54,895 bases of DNA, taken from positions 1-54,895 of the forward strand of contig NW_021833826.1 of the NCBI RefSeq assembly GCF_006345805.1, in the 5' to 3' direction. The notes under the pieces are model-generated. The model saw only the letters and a list, made by a program, of their open reading frames with translations. It did no database searches and was not told the DNA's origin. Numbering within the stretch: the first letter of the stretch is position 1; each line of letters starts with the position of its first letter. The translations under genes and the position numbers were made by a program. This DNA is from Octopus sinensis. Taxonomy: Eukaryota. This document shows, one piece after another, positions 26,814 through 40,028 of the stretch.

Positions 26814-27119
26814 TATTATGAATTTGAGGTAAAACATTTTACCTTTGCCCATATAATACATGAATTAATTGCATTGCAATTCTTAGCATTTATGTATTAG
26901 CCTTTCTGGGTACTTTACTGGCAGTATATTGGATAAATGATATCCCATAGTGGGTTACACTCATAACCCCTATCTCACTTTATGTATCAAATTAAATACA
27001 CAACTGAAAGCGCTACGACTTGTTACATGCTGTTACGATACTTGAACAGGAATATTTATAAAATGCGCCATGTATATTAAGAGCATATAACCAAAGAAAC
27101 CAAGCCAAACCCACATTTG

Positions 27120-27315
27120 ACTGATATTTGTCCTCATCTTGTTGTTCACACAACATTTCAGCTGATATATTCTCCAGCCTTCATCAGGTGTATTGGGGAA
27201 ATTTTGAAGCTGGGTTCTCGTTCCTAAGGTATTTCCCCAAGACACCTGATGAAGGCTGGAGAGTATACCAGTTGAAATACTGTGTTAACAACAAGATGAG
27301 GACGAATATCAGTCT
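27120..27315. ncRNA. Inverted pair of degenerate type I hammerhead ribozyme motifs (Penelope pLTR-like)
   Basis: Plus strand 27241-27286: gacac-CTGATGA-a-ggctgg-agagtata-ccagtt-GAAA-tact-gtgtt. Minus strand 27192-27147: tacac-CTGATGA-a-ggctgg-agaatata-tcagct-GAAA-tgtt-gtgtg. Confidence 0.55.
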
Positions 27316-27775
27316 AAAGTAAATAACGTACATAATTCCGAATCTCTCAAATATAGAACGACACAATCCAGGTCTGACTGGAACCTGGAGAAGCACTCTG
27401 GCTTGCCAGCACCTGTCACACTTTCCCATCCATGCCTGGATGGTAAGGATGATGGAGATGATGATGATGATCAAAACACAACAAAGACAAAATCAATGTC
27501 ACTTAAAACTTTTATTCCTTATTCCCATTCCTTTATTCTCTTATAACAAATTCCTGAAAAATCCAGCACAATCATCTTCAGAAGTCAAAGTCATCTCTGT
27601 GTTGATATATTTAGATATATAAATGATATTGAAGTTGTGATTCATGAATTTCATGTTGACATCCAAGAAACTGAAGTTGATAATGTCAAGCTTGAAGAGG
27701 AATAAACCCTGTCTTTTAGCAGACAAAATATTCATAATTGTTGTCCTGTTGTAATAAATTTTGATATTGATACTG

Positions 27776-28407
27776 TTACACCTGTGTATGAATACTCACA
27801 TGTGTACTTAAGTGGCTTTTTTGAGAGAAAGATTTACCACAGACATCACAGTGATATGGTTTCTCTCCTGTATGAATACGTTTATGGACAGTCAAGTCAC
27901 TATTTCTAGAGAATGATTTACCACAGATATTACAATGATATGCTTTCTCTCCTGTATGTGTATGTTTGTGATGAGTTAAATCGCTATTTAGAGAAAATGA
28001 TTTACCACAGATATCGCACTGATATGGTTTCTCTCCAGTATGGAGAAATTTGTGACTAGTCAACTGACTATTTCTAGAGAATGATTTCCCACAGATAATG
28101 CAATGAAATGGCTTCTCCCCTGTATGTGTATCTATGTGACCAGTCAAGGAACCACTTCGGGAGAATGATTTACCACAGACATCACAGTGATATGCTTTGT
28201 CTCCAGTATGAATATGTTTGTGACGAGTAAAGTTACTATTTTCAGAGAACGATTTACCACAAATATCACAATGATATGGCTTCTCTCCTGTATGTGTACG
28301 TACATGACTAGTCAAGTGACTACTTGAGAGAATGATTTACCACAGTTATCACAGTAATATGGCCTCTCACCTGAATCAGGTGTGTTTGGTTTTCTTAAAT
28401 CATTCAT
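27776..28407 (-). pseudogene. Z5: 7-finger C2H2 gene with a single 1-bp frameshift in finger 1 (pseudogene or assembly error)
   Basis: ATG 28407 [16 protein letters not shown]; tctcaa-gtagt at ~28323 lacks one A of caaagt; the remainder (track ORF 27776..28315) is intact to HTQV*. Acceptor at 28823-28822. Confidence 0.8.
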
Positions 28408-29014
28408 TATAAGATACTAATTTCTCATACGTATCACAATGATAATGATTTTTTCAATTCTATGAATATATCTGTGTCCAGTTGTGTCAGTATTTTCAGA
28501 GAATAATTTAACACTATGTGTCTTTCGTGTGTGTTCTTGCTTAATATCTAAAACGGTAGATGTAAACAGTTAAAACTTTTGTAAATTTATCCAAGCTTAA
28601 TTAACCAAGCAATCACCTTCTCTACATTCCAAACAGCGAAGACAAGTGAGTGTTGCTGTCAATTCCACCGAGAAAAAATATTTTCTTATCGTTTGTCGTT
28701 GATGCATTGATGAATGTGCCTTATGAATATATGGTCTTCCTTTAATTGATGAGAGTCAATAGAAATATCAGAGGCACATCTGAAAGGAGAGATTTCTTTA
28801 TCGTCAACATGATGTGATATTCTGAAACAGAAAAAAAGAAGCAGTGAGATAAAGAGAATCATTAAACGACATAATAATTCAACATTGCAAATCTTACAAC
28901 ATCAACACTGTCATCCACTTAATGTCAATGTCTGCAGGGGTCGGGGTTCATTGAGGCATTGAAAGTTTTAAAATATATGAAAATGGTTGGAGGGTGAAAT
29001 TTCCGTTTTTTATA

Positions 29015-29720
29015 TTATTGTATTTAAATTCTCCAGTAGAGCTATTTATTGGAGCATAGCAGAAATACAATCGTGTAAAGGGAAATAACCACACAACACC
29101 TCAACCTCGCTTCTTTTAAATTCTTAATTAAGGTGCTTAATTACTGATTCGTTGCTTATTTGTGAATACGGTAAGTTGATAAAGATTTCCTTTAAGGCTG
29201 TAAAGGTGATACTACTACTACTACTAATAATAATAATGTAAATGATAGAATTATGTGAACTTCTCTCGATATTACAGTAATTATTTTTCGAAGCGGGAAC
29301 CTAACAACAATTAAGAAAATATGTTTACTCGTCTTAATTAATAACTTCCAAACTGAAATGTTGCTCTGTTGTTTATGAAAACCTATGAATCACCGTTACA
29401 TGTGATATAAAGGAAATTAATTGGTAATACGAGAGTAAAATAGTTTAATTGATTAATTAGTAAAATTAGGGGAAACCGATTGAAGAATACCATATTAATT
29501 AACGTTGTCCTGTTGTTTAAGAGGTTATATTAATAGTAATGATGCAGGTTTGAAATTTTGCCGAGGCCTGCAGTGTTTGAGGGGAGCACGAAGTCGAATA
29601 CATAGAACCCAGTATTTCCCGAAAAGGATGAAAGGCAAAGTCGACCTCGGCCGTATTTTCAGTCAGGAGTTTCCGCTGAGGTCGACAGTGACTTTCCTTC
29701 GTTTCGGGGTCGCTATAATA
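29015..29720 (+). other. Conserved upstream block with candidate donor for Z6
   Basis: gtgaatacg|GTAAGT at 29171; homologous to 2070-2700 (inverted) and 2990-3355 (direct). Confidence 0.5.
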
Positions 29721-29727
29721 ATAAAAA

Positions 29728-30388
29728 GGCAATCTTTCGTCTCTAGTAGACCTTTCCGAAAAAATTTTTTTTGTTTTACATATGGGCTTGCGGGAAATTT
29801 TGAAGTAATGAGAGCGAAAGAGACTAAGAGAAAGCCATTTTTATGACGAGGGAAGTTCTTTTGAAGTTACCGTGCATGGCAAGCATTGATGTACATGTGT
29901 GTGTGTGTGTTTGATGAGGTGTGGGAGACAGACAGTATGTTGTGTAAGTGAAGTGCTTCTGTTAGTGTGTGTGAAAGAAAGAGATAACTGAAATTTTTTA
30001 CTTGGTGTATGTGTATATGTATGTATATTACTTGAAAAGTTCCCGCAAGCCCATATGTAAAAAAAAAATTTTTTTACGGTGTGGTGTGGTGTTGAAGGAG
30101 TGTGACGGAGCGGGAGGGAGCGGAAGTGGGTCTTGCAGGGCGCATGCGCCGGCGGAAGCTGAAGTGACAGACAGAACGCACGTGCGGCATTGACCAAGCC
30201 AGACAGACTTGAGAACGACGCCAACACGACAAGAGGCTAGCAAGTTGGCTGAAGGCGAATCCGACTTCATCTCCTCAGGTAAGACCAAATTACACTTCTA
30301 ATTCTTTCCTTGTTCTGTTACGCTCCTTTCACCACACGTATTACATAGGGAAATCGACGTAAAGTTCTACTAGAGACGAAAGATCGCC
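29728..30388. mobile_element. Merlin-like MITE (GGC[A/G]ATCTT TIR) carrying an internal cargo
   Basis: 23-bp TIR with 22/23 match (29728-29750, 30366-30388); flanks aataaaaa and aataataa (7/8 TSD); same family as 48021-48280. Confidence 0.75.
30080..30284 (+). promoter_or_regulatory. Candidate promoter, first exon and splice donor
   Basis: GC-rich; ETS/GABP-type GCGGAAGTG at 30120, NRF1-type GCGCATGCGC at 30140, CGGAAG at 30153, donor CAG|GTAAGA at 30279. Confidence 0.5.
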
Positions 30389-30641
30389 AATAATAATAGT
30401 GTTGATGAGAATAATCTTTTGTACTTTAGACACGAGTTCAGGAAATTGGCGGGAGAAGCGGACGTCGCTTCCATGGAACAATGTGCGCTAATGTTTCTTG
30501 TTTGTTTTTACCTCGAAAGGATGAAAGCCAAATTCTACCTGGATGGGATTTGAACTTTTAGAGTGAAGACGGACGAAATGCTGTTATGCATTTTGTTCGG
30601 CATGTGAACGATTCTGCTAGTATAACGTATTATTGCATATG

Positions 30642-30811
30642 TATTGGGTTGTCCGGAAAGTTCGTGCCGATTTTTGAAGGAAAGAAAAAGGTCAATAAAT
30701 ACTTGCCAATACATTTTTAATCAACCAAATATGAACCGTTTTGTTGCACAATGCGTCTCCATCTTTCCTTTAACTTGAAAATACCCTCTTCCCAGAATTG
30801 AGGTGGTTTCA
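30642..30811 (-). mobile_element. Mariner-like 3' fragment (paralog of 1372-1541)
   Basis: Reverse complement of the 1372-1541 element within duplicated flanks. Confidence 0.75.
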
Positions 30812-31404
30812 TGCCAAAGAAAAAAGGTAATGGAGGAAAACAGGTTAGAATTTAGAGAAATGTAGAAACGCTTCATCTATGTACAGAATGTTGTGAAAGT
30901 TTCAAAGCCTCAATGGAATCTGACCCCTGAAAACATAGACATTAAATGGATGACAATGTTGATGTAAGATTTGCAATGTTGAATTACTATGTCGTTTAAC
31001 GATTCTCTTTATCTCATGCTTCTTTTTTTCTACTTCAGAATATCACATCATGTTGACGTTAAAGAAATCTCTTCATTCAGATGTACCTCTGATATTTTGA
31101 TTGACTTTCATCAATTAAAGGAAGACCATATATTCATAAGGCACATTCATCAACGCATCAATGACAAACGATAAGAAAATATTTCTTCTACGATGGAATT
31201 AAGAGCAACTTTTTTGTTGCCTTCACTGTTTGGAATGTAAAAAAGGTGATTGCTTGGATAAATTTACAAAAGTTTTAACTGTTTACATCTGCCATTTTAG
31301 ATGTTAAGCAAGAACATAGTGTTAAATTATTCTCTGAAAATACTGACACAACTGAACACAAATACATTCATAGAAATGAAAAAATCATTATCGTTGGGAT
31401 ACGT

Positions 31405-32223
31405 ATGAGAAGTTTTTATCTTATAATGAATGATTTAAGAAAACCAAACAAACCTGATTCAGGTGAGAGGCCATATCACTGTGATATCTGTGGTAAATTA
31501 TTCACTGAAGAAAGAGTCTTGACCAAACACAAATGCATTGATACAGGAGAGAAACCACATCATTGTGATGTCTGTGGTAAATCATTCTCTCAAAGTAGTT
31601 CTTTGACTAGGCACGTACGTACACATACAGGAGAAAAACCATATCATTGTGATATCTGTGGTGAATCATTTTCTGAAAGTGGCCACGTGACTATGCACAG
31701 GCGTACTCATACAGATGAGAAGCCATATCATTGCAATATCTGTGGTAAATCATTCTCTCGAAGTAGTGACTTGTTTAGACACCAGCGTACACATACGGGA
31801 GAAAAACCATATCATTGTGATATCTGTGGTGAATCATTTTCTCAAAATAACTCTTTAACTTATCACAAACGTGTTCATACAGGTGAGAAGCCATATCATT
31901 GTAACATCTGTGGTAAATCTTTCTTTATAAATAGTAACTTAACAATACACAGACGTATTCATACAGGAGAGAGGCCATATCATTGTGATATCTGTGATAA
32001 ATCATTCTCTACCAATAGTCATTTGACTCGTCACAAATATATTCATACTGGAGAAAAACCATATCATTGTGATATCTGTGATAAATCATTCTGTAGGAAT
32101 AGTGACTTGACTAAACATAAACGTATTCATACTGGAGAAAAACCATATCATTGTGATATCTGTGATAAACCATTCTCTAGGAATAGTGACTTGACTAAAC
32201 ATAAACGTATCCATACTGGATAA
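31405..32223 (+). CDS. Z6: C2H2 zinc-finger protein truncated by a nonsense codon (8 canonical + 1 degenerate finger); decayed remainder to 32438
   Basis: Track ORF; GAA>TAA in the TGEKP linker at 32221; a second TAA in the next linker; the terminal HTQV* remnant ends at 32438. Acceptor at 31037-31038. Confidence 0.85.
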   Translation: MRSFYLIMNDLRKPNKPDSGERPYHCDICGKLFTEERVLTKHKCIDTGEKPHHCDVCGKSFSQSSSLTRHVRTHTGEKPYHCDICGESFSESGHVTMHRRTHTDEKPYHCNICGKSFSRSSDLFRHQRTHTGEKPYHCDICGESFSQNNSLTYHKRVHTGEKPYHCNICGKSFFINSNLTIHRRIHTGERPYHCDICDKSFSTNSHLTRHKYIHTGEKPYHCDICDKSFCRNSDLTKHKRIHTGEKPYHCDICDKPFSRNSDLTKHKRIHTG

Positions 32224-32282
32224 AAACCATATAATTGTGATATCTGTGATAAATCATTCTCTACGAATAATCATTTGACTAA

Positions 32283-32435
<153 letters not shown>

Positions 32436-32884
32436 TAACTGTATCAATATCAAAATTTATTAGAACATGACAACAATTATGAATATTTTGTCTGCTAAAA
32501 GACAGGGTTTATTCCTTTTCAAGCTTGACATTATCAACTTCAGTTTCTTGGATGTCAACATGAAATTCATGAATCACAACTTCAATATCATTTATATATC
32601 TAAATATATCAACACAGAGATGACCTTGATTTCTGAAGAGGATAGTGCTGGATTTTTGAGGAATTTGTTATGAGAGAATAAAGGAATGGGAATGAGGAAT
32701 AAAAGTTTTAAGTGACATTGATTTTGTCTTTGTTGTGTTTTCATCATCATCCTCTAACATCCATTTTTAGCATCCGTCTTCTATGCAGGCTTTGATGGGA
32801 AAGTGTGACATGAGCTGGCAAGCCAGAGTGCTACTCCATGTTCCTGTCAGATTGGGCTTGGTTTCTTTGGCTCTATGCCCTTAA

Positions 32885-33106
32885 CCCTTTCAATACCAAC
32901 CCAGCCAAAACCAGTTCTGGCTCTATAGCACAAATGTCTTGTTATCATAAATTTTGAATTAAAATCTTCCACCAAACCTTAGTCACAATTTATGTTCCTA
33001 ACACTAGCTTAATGATAATGAAGTTATTTTACTAAATTCTTTGTTATATTTAAAATTAATTGAGAGAAACACAGAGCATCTCAACAGAAATATGGTAATG
33101 AAAGGG
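32885..33106. mobile_element. piggyBac-like MITE (single copy, paralog of 6136)
   Basis: TTAA|CCCTTT...AAAGGG|TTAA. Confidence 0.75.
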
Positions 33107-33544
33107 TTAAGATACATGGCGCATTTTATAAATATTCCTGTTCAAGAATCATAACAGTATCAAACAAGTAGTAGCGCTTTCAGTTGTGTATTTAATTTGA
33201 TATATGTATTTGTGTGAACATGATATCAGTCTGACAACTAAAATAATAGAAATCTTGTATTTTGAGTATTTTTTTCATATGAGGCAGAAGCATGGACTCC
33301 CTTCTACGAAGAAATAGAAAGACTGAAATTTTTTCGCATGTGGTGTCTGGAGCACAACATATGCAACAAAATGGCAAGATAAGACATTAAATGTAAAAAT
33401 TTTAGTAAAATGTGATATGTCCAGTATCCAAGGCGTACGGATGAGAATTCAGTGCAGATGGGTGCAAGAGATGTTTTCCAAAGACGAAATGATCGCATTC
33501 CAAAAATTCTTCTGTAAGGCCAACAAGTGGCAGAGGAACTCGTC

Positions 33545-34423
33545 TGGTCCCCGTGCCGGTGGCACGTAAAGAGCACCATTCAAGCGTGGTCGCTGCCAGA
33601 CTCCTCTGGCACATAAAAGGCACCCGCTACACTCACGGAGTGGTTGGTGTTAGGAAGAGCAGCTAGATGTGATGTCTTGGGAAAGCCATTGCCTAGATCC
33701 ATCTGTATGGCGTAAAATGTGTCACGATGCCATGTGAAGAATTTGAGTTGATGAAAATGAACAGTAGCAGGCCTATATCCTCCAACCAACAGACACATTC
33801 GCTCAATCCTTTGCACAATCGACGTCCCCATTGCAACTTCATGGCAAAATCCATTTCTGGACTTGGATTCCAGCAATTGCCAGGACCGCTGGACTGACTC
33901 CTGTGCAGGTGGCAAGTGAAGAAACATCATTTCGACCCTGTGCTTGAGGAGACATATTGAGTCAAGTACACCAACATCAAAATCAATGGAAACTGCAACT
34001 GTGATCCCTGTGCCAGTGGAATGTAAAAAGCACCATCCGAACGTGGCCGATGCCAGCACCGCTTTGACCGGCTTCCTTGCCGGTGGCATGTAAAATGCAC
34101 CGAACCGATCGTGGCCGTTGACAGCCTCGCCTGGGATATGGTGGCCGTTGCCACTGCTGCCCCGACTGGCCTCGTGCCGGTGGCACATAAAAATCACCAT
34201 CTTATCGTGGCCGTTGCCAGCACCGCCCCGACTGGCCTCCGTGCCGGTGGCACATAAAGAGCCCCCACTACAATCATGGAGTGGTTGGCGTTAGGAAGGG
34301 CATCCAGCTGTAGAATCACTGACAGATCAGGTTGGGCCTGGCACAGCCTTCTGGCTTCCCAGTCCCCAGTTGAACCGTCCAACCCATGCCAGCATGGAAA
34401 ATGGACGTTAAATGATGATGATG
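33545..34423 (+). mobile_element. Family D SINE-like element(s) with repeated ggcacgtaaaaagcacc modules and a (GAT)n tail
   Basis: Motif recurs at about 33560, 33610, 34015, 34085, 34180 and 34245; 3' ggttggcgttaggaagggcatccagctgtagaa...ttaaatgatgatgatg. Confidence 0.65.
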
Positions 34424-34614
34424 TCACATATGTACACATACAGGAGAGAAGCCATATCAGTGCAATATCTGTGGTGACAGACGACTTATAGACAGGAATT
34501 TCACTGAGCAAAGAAAGGAATTCCGATTAGTCACAAGGGAGGGCTGAGAATTCAGATGGCCATTTGTGTTCACCCCAAACGTGTGCAGTTGATGAGAGCG
34601 GGATAAACAACAGG

Positions 34615-35550
34615 TGCAGGAGTGGCTGTGTGGTAAGTAGCTTGTTTACCAAACACATGATTTGGGTTCAGTCACACTGGGTGGCACCTGGGCAAGTGTC
34701 TTCTACTATAGCCCTGGGCTGACCAAAGCCTTGTGAGTGGATTTAGTAGATGGAAACTGAAAGAAGCCCGTCGTATATATGTATGTATGCGTGTGTGTGT
34801 CTGTGTTTGTCACCCTAGCATTGCTTGAGAACCGATGCTGGTGTGTTTGTGTCCCTGTTACTTATCGGTTTGGCAAAAGGAGACCGATAGAATAAGTACT
34901 GGGCTTACAAAAAGAATAAGTCCTGGGGTCGAGTTCCTCGATTAAAGGCGGTGCTCCAGCACGGCCGCGGTCAAATGACTGAAACAAGTAAAAGAGTAAC
35001 ACTTTTCTTCCTGGTTAATTTTACGTATATATTTCTTTCTTGCCCACAAGGGGCTAAACATAGAGGGAACAAACAAGGACAAAAGGATTATGTCGATTAC
35101 ATCGACCCCAGTGCGAAACTGGTACTTTATTTGTCGACCCCGAAGGGATGAAAGGCAAAGTTGACCTCGGCGGAATTTGAACTCAGAACGTAACAACAGA
35201 CGAAATACTGGTAAGCGTTTCGCCCGGCGCACTAACGTGTCTGCCAGCTTGCCGCTTTTTTAAATTTTACATATAGCTTAAGGTGCAGGCCCAGTGGTTA
35301 GAGCGTCGAGCTTACGATCATGAGGTTGTGAGTTCAAATCCCGGACCGGGCTGCGTGTTGTGTTCTTGAGCAAGACACTTTATTTCACGTTGCTGCAGAA
35401 ATGAGTTGCGACATCACAGTTGCCAAGTTGTATCAGCCCCTTTGGCTTACCACTTGGATAACACTAGCATGCATGGGTGATTGCTGGTCTTCCATAAACA
35501 ATCTTTCTAGGTGCAATCCCATGGTCTGTGTCGTGACTGAAGGGGTCTCA
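34615..35550. mobile_element. SINE cluster A(+), B(-), C(+)
   Basis: Same arrangement as 23480-24320, within the segmental duplication. Confidence 0.8.
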
Positions 35551-35757
35551 AGATCCACAACATGCTGGGTCATGATGAGTACTCCAGATAACGTCTCAGT
35601 GGATAGAATGCCACATCACATGTGGGATATTCAAAGTGTAATGAGCTTTAATGATAACAAAGGGGGGGGGGAATGACACTGTGTATATTTCAATGGAAGC
35701 ATCCTTACCACAACTGAATGGATGGTTATTAAACAATAGAGGGGCAGTCATCGTTAA

Positions 35758-37458
35758 TCGCCTGGAAGCCTTTCAGCGACGTGCAACCAAGAGAATACCC
35801 TCCATCAGGCATTTGCCATATTCTGAACGCCTTACTTACCTGGGCAAGGATACATTGAAACTCCGATATTTGGCAGACACTCATAAAATTTTTAACCACT
35901 AAAAATAACTCTGAGCACCTTTTCAAACTCCATCCGTCTAACACCCGTGGACATGTTTATAAAGTCAGAAAACAGCACAGCTCCCATGACTTTTAGAAAC
36001 ATTTTAGAATACCCTCCATAAGGCATTTACCATATTCTGAACGCCTTACTTCCCTGGGCAAGGATACATTGAAACTCCGACGTCTGGCAGCTGACTTGGC
36101 AGACACCCATAAAATTATTAACCATCTTATTAACATTAACTCTGAACACTTTTTCAAACTCCACCTGTCTAACACCTGTGAACATGTTTACAAAGTCAGA
36201 AAAAAAGCATATCTCCCATGACTTTCAGAAACATTTTTTCACGCTAGGAGTTGCTGAAGTATAGAACAAAACGCCGGCATCAGTTGTTAGTTGTCGAGCA
36301 CTGCATCCTTCAAAACTTCCATGCTTTCTGAGATTTGCCAACACTACACCTGATTTTCTCCCCTCCATACACACACATGCATGTATCTGACTCATACACT
36401 GTTAGCTTTCCAGACATTTATACATTACTGCATATGCTTTATACGCACTTTTGACAAGGTGTGGTGCACCTGACACTGTATACAATACCCTCCATCAGGC
36501 ATTTGCCATATTCTAAATGCCTTACTTCCCTGGGCACGGACACATTGAAACTCCGACGTCTGGCAGCTGACTTGGCGGACGCCCATAAAATTATTAACCA
36601 TCTTATTAACAATAATTCTGAGCACCTTTTCAAACTCCACCTGTCTAACACCTGTGAACATGTTTACAAAGTCAGAAAACAGCACAGTTCCCATGACTTT
36701 CGGAAACATATTTTCACGCTAAGAGTTGCTGAAGTATAGAACAAAACGCCAGCATCAGTTGTTAGTTGTCGGAGCACTGCATCCTTCAAAACTTCCATGC
36801 TTCCTGAGATTCGCCAACACTACACCTGACTTTCTCCCCTCCATACACACACATGCATGTATCTGACTCATACACTGTTAGCTTTCCAGACATTTATACA
36901 TTACTGCATATGCTTTATACGCACTTTTGACAAGGTGTGGTGCACCTGACACTGTATACAATACCCTCCATCAGGCATTTGCCATATTCTAAATGCCTTA
37001 CTTCCCTGGGCACGGACACATTGAAACTCCGACGTCTGGCAGCTGACTTGGCGGACGCCCATAAAATTATTAACCATCTTATTAACAATAATTCTGAGCA
37101 CCTTTTCAAACTCCACCTGTCTAACACCTGTGAACATGTTTACAAAGTCAGAAAACAGCACAGTTCCCATGACTTTCGGAAACATATTTTCACGCTAAGA
37201 GTTGCTGAAGTATAGAACAAAACGCCAGCATCAGTTGTTAGTTGTCGGAGCACTGCATCCTTCAAAACTTCCATGCTTCCTGAGATTCGCCAACACTACA
37301 CCTGACTTTCTCCCCTCCATACACACGCAAGCATGTATCTGACTCAAACACTGTTCGCTTCCCAGACATTTGTACATTTCTGCATATGCTTTATACGCAC
37401 TTTTGACAAGTTGTGGTGCACCTGAGCACTGTATACAATAATTTCATTATTATTATTA
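35758..37458 (+). mobile_element. CR1-clade LINE 3' fragments in tandem, including a 476-bp duplication
   Basis: Identical track ORFs at 36425/36901 and 36461/36937 (offset 476). Confidence 0.85.
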
Positions 37459-38620
37459 GATCAGGGTGAAGTGTGGAGGAATGATAGTGACCAGAATGTA
37501 AGGAAGTGAAGGACCGGAAGTGGAAAAACACGATGTCATGTATCTTATTTTCTCTTGCTTTTCCCTCTGGCTGAGTAGACCTGTATCTCCCCTGTAGCAG
37601 CAGATGTGGGTGACATGCAACATATTTACATCTATACATATGTTGGCACAAACCGAAAAGATCCTTATCCATTTTATAGCGGAGCGACTATCATTGTGGA
37701 GCACTGACTTAATGACACACTATAATTTCATCAGTATGAAAGAAAGAGGGGTCACCATCTTGTTCGTAACAACAAGAAAATAGAAGTTCACGAGACGTTT
37801 GTAATAAGTCATAACTTTTATCATTGGAGGTAATGTGTTAACATACAAGGTTAACTGAAGGAAAGCTTAAAACATTATATGAATACCGTAAATTCTCGAG
37901 TATAATCCACACTTTTTTCCCCAAAATTTAAAGGTCAAAATCCCTAGTGCGTACTATTTACGAGGTTAAAAATGAAAAACATTTTCTAAGCAATGTTCGA
38001 GTCTCTGCTGTCCGGCAATGTTTATTTGATGCATTTTGTGATGTTGGGAGTGAAAATACGTTAAGCTAAGCCTGAAAGCAATGAAGTCATAAAAGAATCA
38101 TCCATAACTTGCAGTAAGCAACATTTATTAAAATAAAAGCATTCAGAACATAGAATAACAAGTAAAAAAAACAATTTGCAAACCTATTTACATTCCCATA
38201 TAACAGTTAAGAACATCACCATTATTGTATTACGCATGCACGGAAGTGTTTGTTCGACTGGGTGCTGCTGGCTTAATTATGCATGGATTGTGCTTAATAG
38301 TTTAGCGCTAATAGTTCATCCTGCTGAATTTTTGGAAAGCATTCACATTTCATTTGAAAAACATGTCCTACCCATCTTCACTGAATCCTCATCAACATGC
38401 TTTGAATACTGGACATATCACATTTTTCTAAGATTTTTACATTCGATGTCTTATTTTGCCATTTGGTTGCATATGCTGTGGTGCATACACCACATTTGAA
38501 AGGTTTGGAGATTTTCTATTTCCCTATCGAAGTGAGTCCCTGCTTCTGCCCCAGACATAAACACACTCAAAATACGAGACTTGTATACACTTATTCTAGC
38601 TATCAGACTGACATCCTGTC

Positions 38621-38667
<47 letters not shown>

Positions 38668-39593
38668 CAAATTACAAAATAAGAAAATGGAGGAACAGAT
38701 TCATTTCAATCATCAACTTCCAGATAATACCAATTCATATAATTTATTAATTAATTATTTAGGAACATCCAGATCAAACAGAATAAAACAGTACACATCA
38801 ATGAGTAAGATAATACCATAAGAACAATACATATGAAGAAATATAAATATAAAAATATAAAATATATGTTCTTATGGTATTATATTACTCATTGATGTGT
38901 ACTGTTTTATTCTGTTTGATTTGGATGTTCCTAAATAATTAGTTAATAAATTGTATGAACTGGTATTATCTGGAAGTTGATGATTTATAGAAATCTACTC
39001 CTTCATTTTCTTATTTTGTATTATGAATTTGAGGTAAAACATTTTACCTTTGCCCATATAATACATGAATTAATTGCATTGCAATTCTGAACATTTATGT
39101 ATTAGCCTTTCTGGGTACTTTACTGGCAGTATATTGGATAAATGATATCCCATAGTGGGTTACTCTCATAATGTACATAATTCCTAATCTCTCAAATATA
39201 GAACTACACAATCCAGGTCTGACTGGAACATAGAGAAGCACTCTGGCTTGCCAGCACCTGTCACACTTTCCCATCCATGCCTGGATGGTAAAGGATGATG
39301 GAGATGATGATGATGATCAAAACACAACAAAGACAAAATCAATGTCAATTAAAACTTTTATTCCTTATTCCCATTCCTTTATTCTCTCATAACAAATTCC
39401 TCAAAAGTCCAGCACAATCCTCTTCAGAAGTCAAAGTCATCTCTGTGTTGATATATTTAGATATATAAATGATATTGAAGTTGTGATTCATGAATTTCAT
39501 GTTGACATCCAAGAAACTGTATTTGATAATGTCAAGCTTGAAGAGGAATATACCCTGTCTTTTAGCAGACAAAATATTCATAATTGTTGTCCT

Positions 39594-39990
39594 CATCATC
39601 ATTTAGCATCCGCTTTCCATGCTAGCATGGGTTGGATGGTTCAACTGGGGTCTGGAAAGCCAGAAGACTGCACCAGGCCCAGTCTGATGTGGCAATGCCC
39701 TTCCTAACGCCAACCACTCCGTGAGTGTAGCGGGTGCTTTTTACGTGCCACCGGCACGGGGGCCAGGCGAGACTGGCAAACGGCCATGATGGGATGGTGC
39801 TTTTTACGTGCCACCAGCACTGGTATCAAAGCTACAATTTCCATTGATGTTGATCGATTTCGATTTTCATTCTGATTCTCACTTGCCTCAACAGGTCTTC
39901 ACATGTAGAGTTTTGTGTCTCTAGAAGGAAAGGTATGCATAAGTGGACTGGCTACATCCCAGGTAGAGACCATGGTTTATGGTCTCACTT
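39594..39990 (-). mobile_element. Family D SINE inserted just 3' of the Z7 stop codon
   Basis: Reverse-complement family D motifs; absent from the equivalent position of Z5. Confidence 0.7.
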
Positions 39991-40028
39991 GTCCTGCCGG
40001 GTTGTAATAAATTTTGATATTGGTACGG

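Noticed and set aside
33580-34200. 206-aa minus-strand ORF
   Set aside because: Antisense of GC-richer repeated SINE modules; no recognisable domain.
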